NCBI GenBank assembly: GCA_964016885.1
Contig: OZ024761.1
Coordinates: forward strand, 27,962,001-28,026,000
DNA length: 64,000 nt
Source: Eledone cirrhosa
Lineage: Eukaryota
Direction: 5' to 3'
Under the pieces are notes generated by a model that was not told the origin of the DNA, did no database searches, and saw only the letters and a list, made by a program, of their open reading frames with translations. The position numbers and the translations under genes were made by a program. Shown in pieces: positions 47,828-60,700 of this stretch (positions are counted from its first letter, which is position 1; every line of letters starts with the position of its first letter).

Positions 47828-47830
<3 letters not shown>
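47719..47830 (-). ncRNA. Degenerate hammerhead with long helix II and full helix III (family G; other copies 35472-35550 and 51981-52117)
   Basis: Minus strand: accc TTGAAAA gttc ggctattt...aaatagcc ccgtc GAAA cggc ttgagctct gccg TC ggggt; two core mismatches to CTGAAGA. Confidence 0.5.
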
Positions 47831-47882
<52 letters not shown>

Positions 47883-47962
47883 GCATGTACATTCACAGAA
47901 ATAGCAATACATACCCCGATAGCTATAAATACCTACATACACACACATAGCCATACATGCAT

Positions 47963-48350
47963 ACATGGTGGCTGCCAACTCATTTTCGAGTACGGCCACT
48001 ACTTTATATCCATGTAGGAGAACTCCTACCGATGCGCTGAACGAGTGTGACTTTTTAGTCCAGCCAGCGACTTGAAAACTCTGGTACAAACACTACACTT
48101 GTGACAATTATTGACACATAGTGCTGGGCCCATGGTAACATGTGACGACAAGTGCAGAGAGATCTCCAGATATAAAGCAATGCCTGTGCCGTGAAGCTTT
48201 TATAGTGAGCCAAGGCACTGCACAAAGCCAGTCCCACTCTCTTAACCAAGATGATATTTACCAAAAAGAAGAACAAGTCAACATCATTGGATACCATCAG
48301 GATTGCAGGTGTTATATCAGAGTTTTCCTTCTCCTAGAATTCTGCCTTGA
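47963..48350 (-). mobile_element. Short RTE-derived element ending in a C2H2 finger and 3' stem-loop
   Basis: HKCSVCTRVFKSLAGLKSHTRSAHR* at 48026-48103; 3' gtggccgtactcgaaaatgagttggcagccac hairpin, then (TATG)-like repeats. Confidence 0.65.
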
Positions 48351-48689
48351 CATACATACATACATAGATACATACATATATACATACACGCACACACAGG
48401 TAGCGATACTTACATACACAGATAGCCATACATACATACATACATACACATATAGCGATACATGCATACATACACAGAAAAAGCCATACATACATACATA
48501 ACGATACCAACATCTTGTCCCTCATCTGTATACAGTCCCTTAGTAAAACCACCATTTATCACTGTATCATATATGCACACACACTCCGACACACACACAC
48601 ACATATATATATATACATAAATATGTATTTATATATATAAAAATATATATCTATAAATATATATATATATATATATTTTGTCTTTATTT

Positions 48690-48898
48690 GTTAATTTTTC
48701 ATTCGCACCGTTTCCTTTCGCTATATGTCTCTCCACCACTCCCCTACACACCTTTTGAACTCTGTTCCCACACACTTCTCACCTGAAGAAGGGCTTATGC
48801 CCGAAACGTCGTCCCCCACCTACCCCCCACTCTCCTGAGCGTGAATTTAATAAACATTTATTGTACTGCCTCTCTGTTCTGTCCCTGTTCAATTTTTC

Positions 48899-48900
<2 letters not shown>
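48690..48900 (+). mobile_element. Penelope-like pLTR fragment (family H) with hammerhead core and AATAAA
   Basis: CTGAAGA a gggc ttat gccc GAAA cgtcg TC at 48783-48813; AATAAA at 48849-54; TA flanks. Helix I is not evident. Confidence 0.65.
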
Positions 48901-48944
<44 letters not shown>

Positions 48945-48961
48945 AATATATATATATATAT

Positions 48962-49490
48962 GTGAAATAGAAAGAAACGAAATTTCATTTCCCACTCTTA
49001 GTACGGCTGTTACTTAAATGTATGTATGTATACGTACATACATATATGTATACAGACGTACAGTAGTATGTATATATATACATACATGCACACATATATA
49101 TATGTACGTATGGATTTACCGAGCATTTATTATAATGCTCGATTTGTTTGTAACCTGTACGTCTGTATACATATATGTATCTACGTATACATACTTACAT
49201 TTAAGTAACTGCGTACTAAGAGTGAGAAATGAAATTTCGTTTCATTCTATTCCATTTATCGTTTTCGGTGCGCCCGGCCGACTAAACTCACTCGATATGC
49301 AAATGAGGCTGCTCAGCTGTTAATATGCATAAGGAAAGTATATACTTTCAGACGTTCAACCATCTGGCAGGAAGGTATACGATGCTGACGATAGCTAATA
49401 AGCTTGAAACGAGTACATCATTTCTGTGTCAGTGTTGATGAAAAAGGTGGTGTGGTTGCCTAAACACTGTACGGCGTAATTCGGGCTGTT
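48962..49490. mobile_element. Family B composite: inverted 3' part (48962-49150), then 3' end-linker-5' part on + (49155-49490)
   Basis: Comparison with 42168-42550. Confidence 0.8.
49380..49420 (+). ncRNA. Minimal type I hammerhead ribozyme, intact core
   Basis: cgatg CTGACGA(49385-91) t agct aata agct t GAAA(49406-09) cgag TA catca. Confidence 0.75.
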
Positions 49491-49521
<31 letters not shown>

Positions 49522-49560
49522 GGCAAGTAAGTATGTTTTGAAACAGTGAGCAGGTTTGAG

Positions 49561-49682
49561 ATTAGAAAATATATAGCTTTCACCGTATTTTTGACTAAAG
49601 GAATTTTAGCCTGATAATGGGCTTATTATCAGGCTAAAGTTCCTTTAGTCAAAAATACGGTGAAGGCTATATATTTTCTAAT
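49561..49682. repeat. Near-perfect palindrome, ~58-bp arms
   Basis: attagaaaatatatagctttcaccg...cctgataat gggctt attatcagg...cggtgaaggctatatattttctaat. Confidence 0.85.
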
Positions 49683-49695
49683 ATATATATATATG

Positions 49696-49769
<74 letters not shown>

Positions 49770-49818
49770 TAAACAAATAATGAATAAACAATTTCTTATA
49801 TTAAACAAAAAAAGTTCA

Positions 49819-49965
49819 TTATTTAACGATCGTTTCTAGGATATATATGTGTTAGAATTGGTATGCATATTCAACAGATCTATGTACAAAATTATACAAA
49901 ATTATACAAATTATCAAGATTAAATATACATACCAAACACATATATACGCCGTCTTCAGAAATAA
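49819..49965 (-). ncRNA. Hammerhead with giant helix II (mirror copy)
   Basis: Reverse complement of 49967-50113. Confidence 0.6.
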
Positions 49966-49966
49966 A

Positions 49967-50113
49967 TTATTTCTGAAGACGGCGTATATATGTGTTTGGT
50001 ATGTATATTTAATCTTGATAATTTGTATAATTTTGTATAATTTTGTACATAGATCTGTTGAATATGCATACCAATTCTAACACATATATATCCTAGAAAC
50101 GATCGTTAAATAA
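49967..50113 (+). ncRNA. Type I hammerhead with ~116-nt helix II region
   Basis: ttattt CTGAAGA(49973-79) ... tatatatgtgtt/aacacatatata and tggtatgtatatt/aatatgcatacca stems ... GAAA(50096-99) cgatcg TT aaataa. Confidence 0.65.
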
Positions 50114-50303
50114 TGAACTTTTTTTGTTTAATATAAGAAATTGTTTATTCATTATTTGTTTAATATTTTATCTTGTACTCTGTATACCGTTTATCTTTCA
50201 CCGAAAGTGGTTTTTCATTACATCTCTTCTTTCCATGATATCCGGAATACATTGAGTTCTTCATACGGATTGGACACTACCGTAAACTCTTGGTAGATTT
50301 ATC

Positions 50304-50354
<51 letters not shown>

Positions 50355-50787
50355 ATGTATATATATGTGTATATATATATATATATATGTATGTATATAT
50401 ATATATATATGTATATATAAATCAGGAAAGAAGGTTTACATGGTTTGCTATACAAAAAAGTTTTTAATCACATAGCTTACATTTGTTCACTGAACTACCT
50501 GGAATACCTACTCCACTACCTGGAATACCATAACTGGACTTCACCTAAGTGGACTGCATTTAACTATTATTTGTTAATCCGTATGTATGTATATATATAT
50601 ATATATATTTTTATATACATACATATATATATACATACATACATATAAATATATGTATGTATATATGTATGTATATATATATTTACATATATATATATAT
50701 ACATACATACATATATATTTGTATGTATATATATATGTATGTATATATATATGAATGTATATATATATGTATGCGTATATATATGTA

Positions 50788-50845
<58 letters not shown>

Positions 50846-51029
50846 TATACATACATATATATATTCATACATATATATATATATATACATACATACGTAA
50901 ATATGTATGTATATATATATGTATGTATATATGTATGTATATATATATTTACATATATATATATATATACATACATACATACATATATATATATGTATAT
51001 ATATATGTATGTATATATATATATCTATG

Positions 51030-51076
<47 letters not shown>

Positions 51077-51093
51077 GTATGTATATATATATG

Positions 51094-51125
<32 letters not shown>

Positions 51126-51126
51126 A

Positions 51127-51172
<46 letters not shown>

Positions 51173-51245
51173 GTATATATATATGTATGTATATATATAT
51201 GTATGTATATATATATGTATATATATATGTATGTATATATATATG

Positions 51246-51343
<98 letters not shown>

Positions 51344-51839
51344 CATACATAACCATACTAACATCATGTCCCTCATCAGTATACAGTCCTGTAGTAAAAC
51401 CACCATTTATCACTGTCCAGTCAATTCCATGCAGTTATTCAATCAGTCATTTCTAAGACTATGAATAGCAATATAGTTGAAACTGGTTTAAACTAGTGTC
51501 AACTGGGTTAAATTAGCTTTAAACTGGGTCAATTCACCTTCCCCATTCTTCTTTTGTAGATTTGAACCTCCTATTTATATATTATCCAATAGATTTCTAT
51601 TATATATATATATGTTTTTCCTCCATTTAAAAAAAAAACCATTTTACTGTCGTATTATGTTTCTTTCTCTTTTAGCTTTTTCGTTTTTTTCTTTTCTATT
51701 TCCGTGTTGCCCCCCCCCCCCCCCCCACACACAACCATCCTTCCTCTGCCAGTCTTTCTTCTCTGCCCTTTATTTCCCTTTCTTTCATGTCACTATCTAT
51801 CTAACTGACACTCTCTCTATATATATATGTGTATATATA

Positions 51840-51882
<43 letters not shown>

Positions 51883-52187
51883 ATATATAATATATATATA
51901 TACATATATATATATTATATATATATATATATAATATATATATACATATATATATATTATATATACATATATATTTATATATAGGAAAAAGTATGACCGC
52001 GACGGCTTGAGCTCTGCCGTCGGGGTCATACTTTTTCCTATTACCCACTCTACTACCCTAAGTATTGAGTAATCTGGTATGTTATGGTCCATCTGGATCC
52101 TTACCACAATTCCTTCGTTATATATATATATATATATAAATAGTTAGTGTGTTAGAATAAATACGTATATATATATAAATACACACA

Positions 52188-52264
<77 letters not shown>

Positions 52265-52544
52265 ACACAGACACACACACACAGACACACACACACACAC
52301 ACGCACACAGACACACACACACACTCACACACACACACACACACACACATACACACACACACACAGACACACACAGACACACACACACATACAGACACAC
52401 ACACACATATATATATATATAATTATTATTCAATTAATGAAAATTAGTTGTTCAGATAATCCGCCGACTTTTATTGTAAACAGACATAAAGAATTGTATT
52501 CTTTAGAATGTTATTGATACGATATTATTGAGAAGTGATACTGT

Positions 52545-53025
52545 TTTATGTGTACATCTTTTGTTAAATATCTTGTTCAGTTATACGTATTTCGAAAACT
52601 GAACAGCAATGTAAACACAACCCTGAACCAGTAGCATATCAAACACGAAAACACCACAAATTTCAATGTATCTGAAGAAAACACGTGAGAAGTTTATTAT
52701 GCAAACACTCTGACGTCTTTGAAATACGTATAACAGAACTATGTTATGAAAATATGTGCACATAAATCCGTCTATCTTCTTAATATTATAACGAACTTTT
52801 TCGTTGGTTAGTTGTTGTTTAGAAAATAACTTATGGACGGTTTTATCTGTACACCTTCTGAGAGCATGTGAGAATCTTATTATGCAACCACTCTGACATA
52901 CGTATAACAGAAATATATATAACAGAACTATGTAATAAACAGATGTGCAGTTACATTCGTCTCTCTCAATATTATAACTGACTCTTTCGTTGTTAAGTTG
53001 TTGTTTAGAAAATAACTTATGAAAG
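52545..53025. repeat. Dispersed repeat with direct duplication (52686-52838 / 52868-53022) and a partial inverted copy; related to 42641-42726
   Basis: gtgagaa..ttattatgcaa.cactctgac...gttgttgtttagaaaataacttatg occurs twice. Confidence 0.7.
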
Positions 53026-53601
53026 GTTCTTATATAAAATTATTGGTATTGATGGAAGGGTTTTAGATAAATACATTCACATTTACCCTACCATTTTCAT
53101 GTTTCTAATGAAGATGTTTAAATAATTTTGAAAATTAGCAGGAAATGGAAATGGTTTAGTAAATAGTAAAACAACTCTCTTTGTTATAATTAAGCTAGTG
53201 TTTGTAACATAACATAACATTACCTAACAAACGATATTTAGATAAATATATTTGAATTCATTTAACATTTGTTAAATAGTAATATATTATTACTATTTGT
53301 TTTATGGTTTTTTTTTGTTGTTGGTTAGAATATTCCTGTTTCTTATATTATATTATATTATAATCTAATTACACTAGAGAAATAACTCACACAGAATGAT
53401 ATATAAATATAAGTTTTGCAGCTTACAACGACTGCAGCAATTTATAGGGAATACAAGAATTATTTCATACAAGTCGTGTCTTTCCCGAGAGAACTGCATT
53501 GTTTAAAGTCTGAAGAAGAATTCGTTTAGCTTCTTGTTTTTAGTTGTTTTTTGTTTTGCTTTTAAAATGAAATTTGAAGTAATGTAGTTTCATTTGTAAT
53601 G

Positions 53602-53724
<123 letters not shown>

Positions 53725-53764
53725 GTCTAAGTATTAATAAAATAGATGTTCTTTTGATCAATTA

Positions 53765-53819
53765 CATTTTCTTATACATATTTCGGATGTACAACAGTAC
53801 GTCCTCATCAGACAAAATA
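53765..53819 (-). ncRNA. Type I hammerhead ribozyme (mirror copy)
   Basis: tcatcag at 53805-11, tttc at 53781-84. Confidence 0.75.
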
Positions 53820-53896
53820 TAATGTATTATATAATATATATAATATATTATATATATATATATATAATATATATATATATAATATATATATGATTA

Positions 53897-53951
53897 TATT
53901 TTGTCTGATGAGGACGTACTGTTGTACATCCGAAATATGTATAATAAAATG
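53897..53951 (+). ncRNA. Type I hammerhead ribozyme, canonical core
   Basis: tattttgt CTGATGA ggacgtac tgtt gtacatcc GAAA tatgta TA ataaaatg; G10.1-C11.1 pair, helix II 7/8 paired, helix I 8 bp with GU. Confidence 0.85.
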
Positions 53952-54130
53952 TAAATGATCAAAAGAACATCTATTTATTAATACTTATATTTTAATATTA
54001 ATAACTCCTGAAAATTATTTCCCGTTGAGTGCTTCCAATCTACTGTAAAACTCATTCTTTGACATAATCATCGAATATTGTTTAACAATTTAATATTTAT
54101 ATATATATATAATATATATATACATATATC

Positions 54131-54203
<73 letters not shown>

Positions 54204-54225
54204 GTAATATAAATATATATATATC

Positions 54226-54268
<43 letters not shown>

Positions 54269-54290
54269 GTAATATAAATATATATATATC

Positions 54291-54337
<47 letters not shown>

Positions 54338-54359
54338 GTAATATAAATATATATATATC

Positions 54360-54424
<65 letters not shown>

Positions 54425-54425
54425 G

Positions 54426-54500
<75 letters not shown>

Positions 54501-54763
54501 ATAGATATATGTATATGTGTATATATATATATGCATATATATATGTGTATATATATTTGTATTTATATCTATATATATATATATATATATATATACTCAC
54601 CTGCATACGTGTGTGTATGTATATATATACATATATATGTGAGTGATACAATAATTATTTCGGTGGGCCTTGTAATATAATTATTTATTTAATTTTTCAA
54701 AATCGACACAAAGTAATCGATCTTCGTTGTGTGAAAGACGACAATATGATACAGCGGGGAGAA

Positions 54764-57700
54764 ACAACAACAACAACAACAACTCCATTACTACTACTAC
54801 TACTAACAACAACAACTCCATTACTACTACTACTAACAACAACAACTCCATTACTACTACTACTACTAACAACAACAACTCCATTACTACTACTACTAAA
54901 AACAACGACTCCATTACTACTACTACTACTAACAACAACAACTCCATTACTACTACTACTAACAACAACAACTCCATTACTACTACTACTATTAACAACA
55001 ACTCCATTACTACTACTACTATTAACAACAACAACTCCATTACTACTACTACTAACAACAACAACTCCATTACTACTACTACTACTAACAACAACAACTC
55101 CATTACTACTACTACTAACAACAACAACTCCATTACTACTACTACTAACAACAACAACTCCATTACTACTACTACTATTAACAACAACAACTCCATTACT
55201 ACTACTACTACTAACAACAACAACTCCATTACTACTACTACTAACAACAACAACTCCATTACTACTACTACTACTAACAACAACAACTCCATTACAACTA
55301 CTACTAACAACAACATCTCCATTACTACTACTACTAACAACAACGACTCCATTACTACTACTGCTACTAACAACAACAACTCCATTACTACTACTACTAA
55401 CAACAACAACTCCATTACTACTACTACTATTAACAACAACAACTCCATTACTACTACTACTAACAACAACAACTCCATTACTACTACTACTACTAACAAC
55501 AACAACTCCATTACTACTACTACTAACAACAACAACTCCATTACTACTACTACTACTAACAACAACAACTCCATTACAACTACTACTAACAACAACATCT
55601 CCATTACTACTACTACTACTACTAACAACAACGACTCCATTACTACTACTGCTACTAACAAAAACAACTCCATTACTACTACTACTAACAACAACAACTC
55701 CATTACTACTACTACTAACAACAACAACTCCATTACTACTACTACTACTAACAACAACAACTCCATTACAACTACTACTAACAACAACATCTCCATTACT
55801 ACTACTACTAACAACAACGACTCCATTACTACTACTGCTACTAACAACAACAACTCCATTACTACTACTACTAACAACAACGACTCCATTACTACTACTA
55901 CTACTAACAACAACAACTCCATTACTACTACTACTAACAACAACAACTCCATTACTACTACTACTAACAACAACAACTCCATTACTACTACTACTACTAA
56001 CAACAACAACTCCATTACTACTACTACTAACAACAACAACTCCATTACTACTACTACTACTAACAACAACAACTCCATTACTACTACTACTACTAACAAC
56101 AACAACTCCATTACTACTACTACTAACAACAACGACCCCATTACTACTACTACTATTAACAACAACAACTCCATTACTACTACTACTAACAACAACAACT
56201 CCATTACTACTACTACTACTAACAACAACAACTCCATTACTACTACTACTAACAACAACAACTCCATTACTACTACTACTACTAACAACAACAACTCCAT
56301 TACTACTACTACTAACAACAACAACTCCATTACTACTACTACTACTAACAACAACAACTCCATTACTACTACTACTAACAACAACGACTCCATTACTACT
56401 ACTACTACTAACAACAACAACTCCATTACTACTACTACTAACAACAACAACTCCATTACTACTACTACTAACAACAACAACTCCATTACTACTACTACTA
56501 CTAACAACAACAACTCCATTACTACTACTACTAAAAACAACGACTCCATTACTACTACTACTACTAACAACAACAACTCCATTACTACTACTACTAACAA
56601 CAACAACTCCATTACTACTACTACTATTAACAACAACTCCATTACTACTACTACTATTAACAACAACAACTCCATTACTACTACTACTAACAACAACAAC
56701 TCCATTACTACTACTACTACTAACAACAACAACTCCATTACTACTACTACTAACAACAACAACTCCATTACTACTACTACTAACAACAACAACTCCATTA
56801 CTACTACTACTATTAACAACAACAACTCCATTACTACTACTACTACTAACAACAACAACTCCATTACTACTACTACTAACAACAACAACTCCATTACTAC
56901 TACTACTACTAACAACAACAACTCCATTACAACTACTACTAACAACAACATCTCCATTACTACTACTACTAACAACAACGACTCCATTACTACTACTGCT
57001 ACTAACAACAACAACTCCATTACTACTACTACTAACAACAACAACTCCATTACTACTACTACTATTAACAACAACAACTCCATTACTACTACTACTAACA
57101 ACAACAACTCCATTACTACTACTACTACTAACAACAACAACTCCATTACTACTACTACTAACAACAACAACTCCATTACTACTACTACTACTAACAACAA
57201 CAACTCCATTACAACTACTACTAACAACAACATCTCCATTACTACTACTACTACTACTAACAACAACGACTCCATTACTACTACTGCTACTAACAAAAAC
57301 AACTCCATTACTACTACTACTAACAACAACAACTCCATTACTACTACTACTAACAACAACAACTCCATTACTACTACTACTACTAACAACAACAACTCCA
57401 TTACAACTACTACTAACAACAACATCTCCATTACTACTACTACTAACAACAACGACTCCATTACTACTACTGCTACTAACAACAACAACTCCATTACTAC
57501 TACTACTAACAACAACGACTCCATTACTACTACTACTACTAACAACAACAACTCCATTACTACTACTACTAACAACAACAACTCCATTACTACTACTACT
57601 AACAACAACAACTCCATTACTACTACTACTACTAACAACAACAACTCCATTACTACTACTACTAACAACAACAACTCCATTACTACTACTACTACTAACA

Positions 57701-60700
57701 ACAACAACTCCATTACTACTACTACTACTAACAACAACAACTCCATTACTACTACTACTAACAACAACGACCCCATTACTACTACTACTATTAACAACAA
57801 CAACTCCATTACTACTACTACTAACAACAACAACTCCATTACTACTACTACTACTAACAACAACAACTCCATTACTACTACTACTAACAACAACAACTCC
57901 ATTACTACTACTACTAACAACAACAACTCCATTACTACTACTACTATTAACAACAACAACTCCATTACTACTACTACTACTAACAACAACAACTCCATTA
58001 CTACTACTACTAACAACAACAACTCCATTACTACTACTACTACTAACAACAACAACTCCATTACAACTACTACTAACAACAACATCTCCATTACTACTAC
58101 TACTAACAACAACGACTCCATTACTACTACTGCTACTAACAACAACAACTCCATTACTACTACTACTAACAACAACAACTCCATTACTACTACTACTATT
58201 AACAACAACAACTCCATTACTACTACTACTAACAACAACAACTCCATTACTACTACTACTACTAACAACAACAACTCCATTACTACTACTACTAACAACA
58301 ACAACTCCATTACTACTACTACTACTAACAACAACAACTCCATTACAACTACTACTAACAACAACATCTCCATTACTACTACTACTACTACTAACAACAA
58401 CGACTCCATTACTACTACTGCTACTAACAAAAACAACTCCATTACTACTACTACTAACAACAACAACTCCATTACTACTACTACTAACAACAACAACTCC
58501 ATTACTACTACTACTACTAACAACAACAACTCCATTACAACTACTACTAACAACAACATCTCCATTACTACTACTACTAACAACAACGACTCCATTACTA
58601 CTACTGCTACTAACAACAACAACTCCATTACTACTACTACTAACAACAACGACTCCATTACTACTACTACTACTAACAACAACAACTCCATTACTACTAC
58701 TACTAACAACAACAACTCCATTACTACTACTACTAACAACAACAACTCCATTACTACTACTACTACTAACAACAACAACTCCATTACTACTACTACTAAC
58801 AACAACAACTCCATTACTACTACTACTACTAACAACAACAACTCCATTACTACTACTACTACTAACAACAACAACTCCATTACTACTACTACTAACAACA
58901 ACGACCCCATTACTACTACTACTATTAACAACAACAACTCCATTACTACTACTACTAACAACAACAACTCCATTACTACTACTACTACTAACAACAACAA
59001 CTCCATTACTACTACTACTAACAACAACAACTCCATTACTACTACTACTACTAACAACAACAACTCCATTACTACTACTACTAACAACAACAACTCCATT
59101 ACTACTACTACTACTAACAACAACAACTCCATTACTACTACTACTAACAACAACGACTCCATTACTACTACTACTACTAACAACAACAACTCCATTACTA
59201 CTACTACTAACAACAACAACTCCATTACTACTACTACTAACAACAACAACTCCATTACTACTACTACTACTAACAACAACAACTCCATTACTACTACTAC
59301 TAAAAACAACGACTCCATTACTACTACTACTACTAACAACAACAACTCCATTACTACTACTACTAACAACAACAACTCCATTACTACTACTACTATTAAC
59401 AACAACTCCATTACTACTACTACTATTAACAACAACAACTCCATTACTACTACTACTAACAACAACAACTCCATTACTACTACTACTACTAACAACAACA
59501 ACTCCATTACTACTACTACTAACAACAACAACTCCATTACTACTACTACTAACAACAACAACTCCATTACTACTACTACTATTAACAACAACAACTCCAT
59601 TACTACTACTACTACTAACAACAACAACTCCATTACTACTACTACTAACAACAACAACTCCATTACTACTACTACTACTAACAACAACAACTCCATTACA
59701 ACTACTACTAACAACAACATCTCCATTACTACTACTACTAACAACAACGACTCCATTACTACTACTGCTACTAACAACAACAACTCCATTACTACTACTA
59801 CTAACAACAACAACTCCATTACTACTACTACTATTAACAACAACAACTCCATTACTACTACTACTAACAACAACAACTCCATTACTACTACTACTACTAA
59901 CAACAACAACTCCATTACTACTACTACTAACAACAACAACTCCATTACTACTACTACTACTAACAACAACAACTCCATTACAACTACTACTAACAACAAC
60001 ATCTCCATTACTACTACTACTACTACTAACAACAACGACTCCATTACTACTACTGCTACTAACAAAAACAACTCCATTACTACTACTACTAACAACAACA
60101 ACTCCATTACTACTACTACTAACAACAACAACTCCATTACTACTACTACTACTAACAACAACAACTCCATTACAACTACTACTAACAACAACATCTCCAT
60201 TACTACTACTACTAACAACAACGACTCCATTACTACTACTGCTACTAACAACAACAACTCCATTACTACTACTACTAACAACAACGACTCCATTACTACT
60301 ACTACTACTAACAACAACAACTCCATTACTACTACTACTAACAACAACAACTCCATTACTACTACTACTAACAACAACAACTCCATTACTACTACTACTA
60401 CTAACAACAACAACTCCATTACTACTACTACTAACAACAACAACTCCATTACTACTACTACTACTAACAACAACAACTCCATTACTACTACTACTACTAA
60501 CAACAACAACTCCATTACTACTACTACTAACAACAACGACCCCATTACTACTACTACTATTAACAACAACAACTCCATTACTACTACTACTAACAACAAC
60601 AACTCCATTACTACTACTACTACTAACAACAACAACTCCATTACTACTACTACTAACAACAACAACTCCATTACTACTACTACTACTAACAACAACAACT

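Larger units (their letters stand above)
49761..50306 (+). mobile_element. Fold-back HHR element, family I (palindrome 49761-50171, axis 49966; 3' extension to ~50306)
   Basis: 205-bp arms; (TA)n on both sides. Confidence 0.8.
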
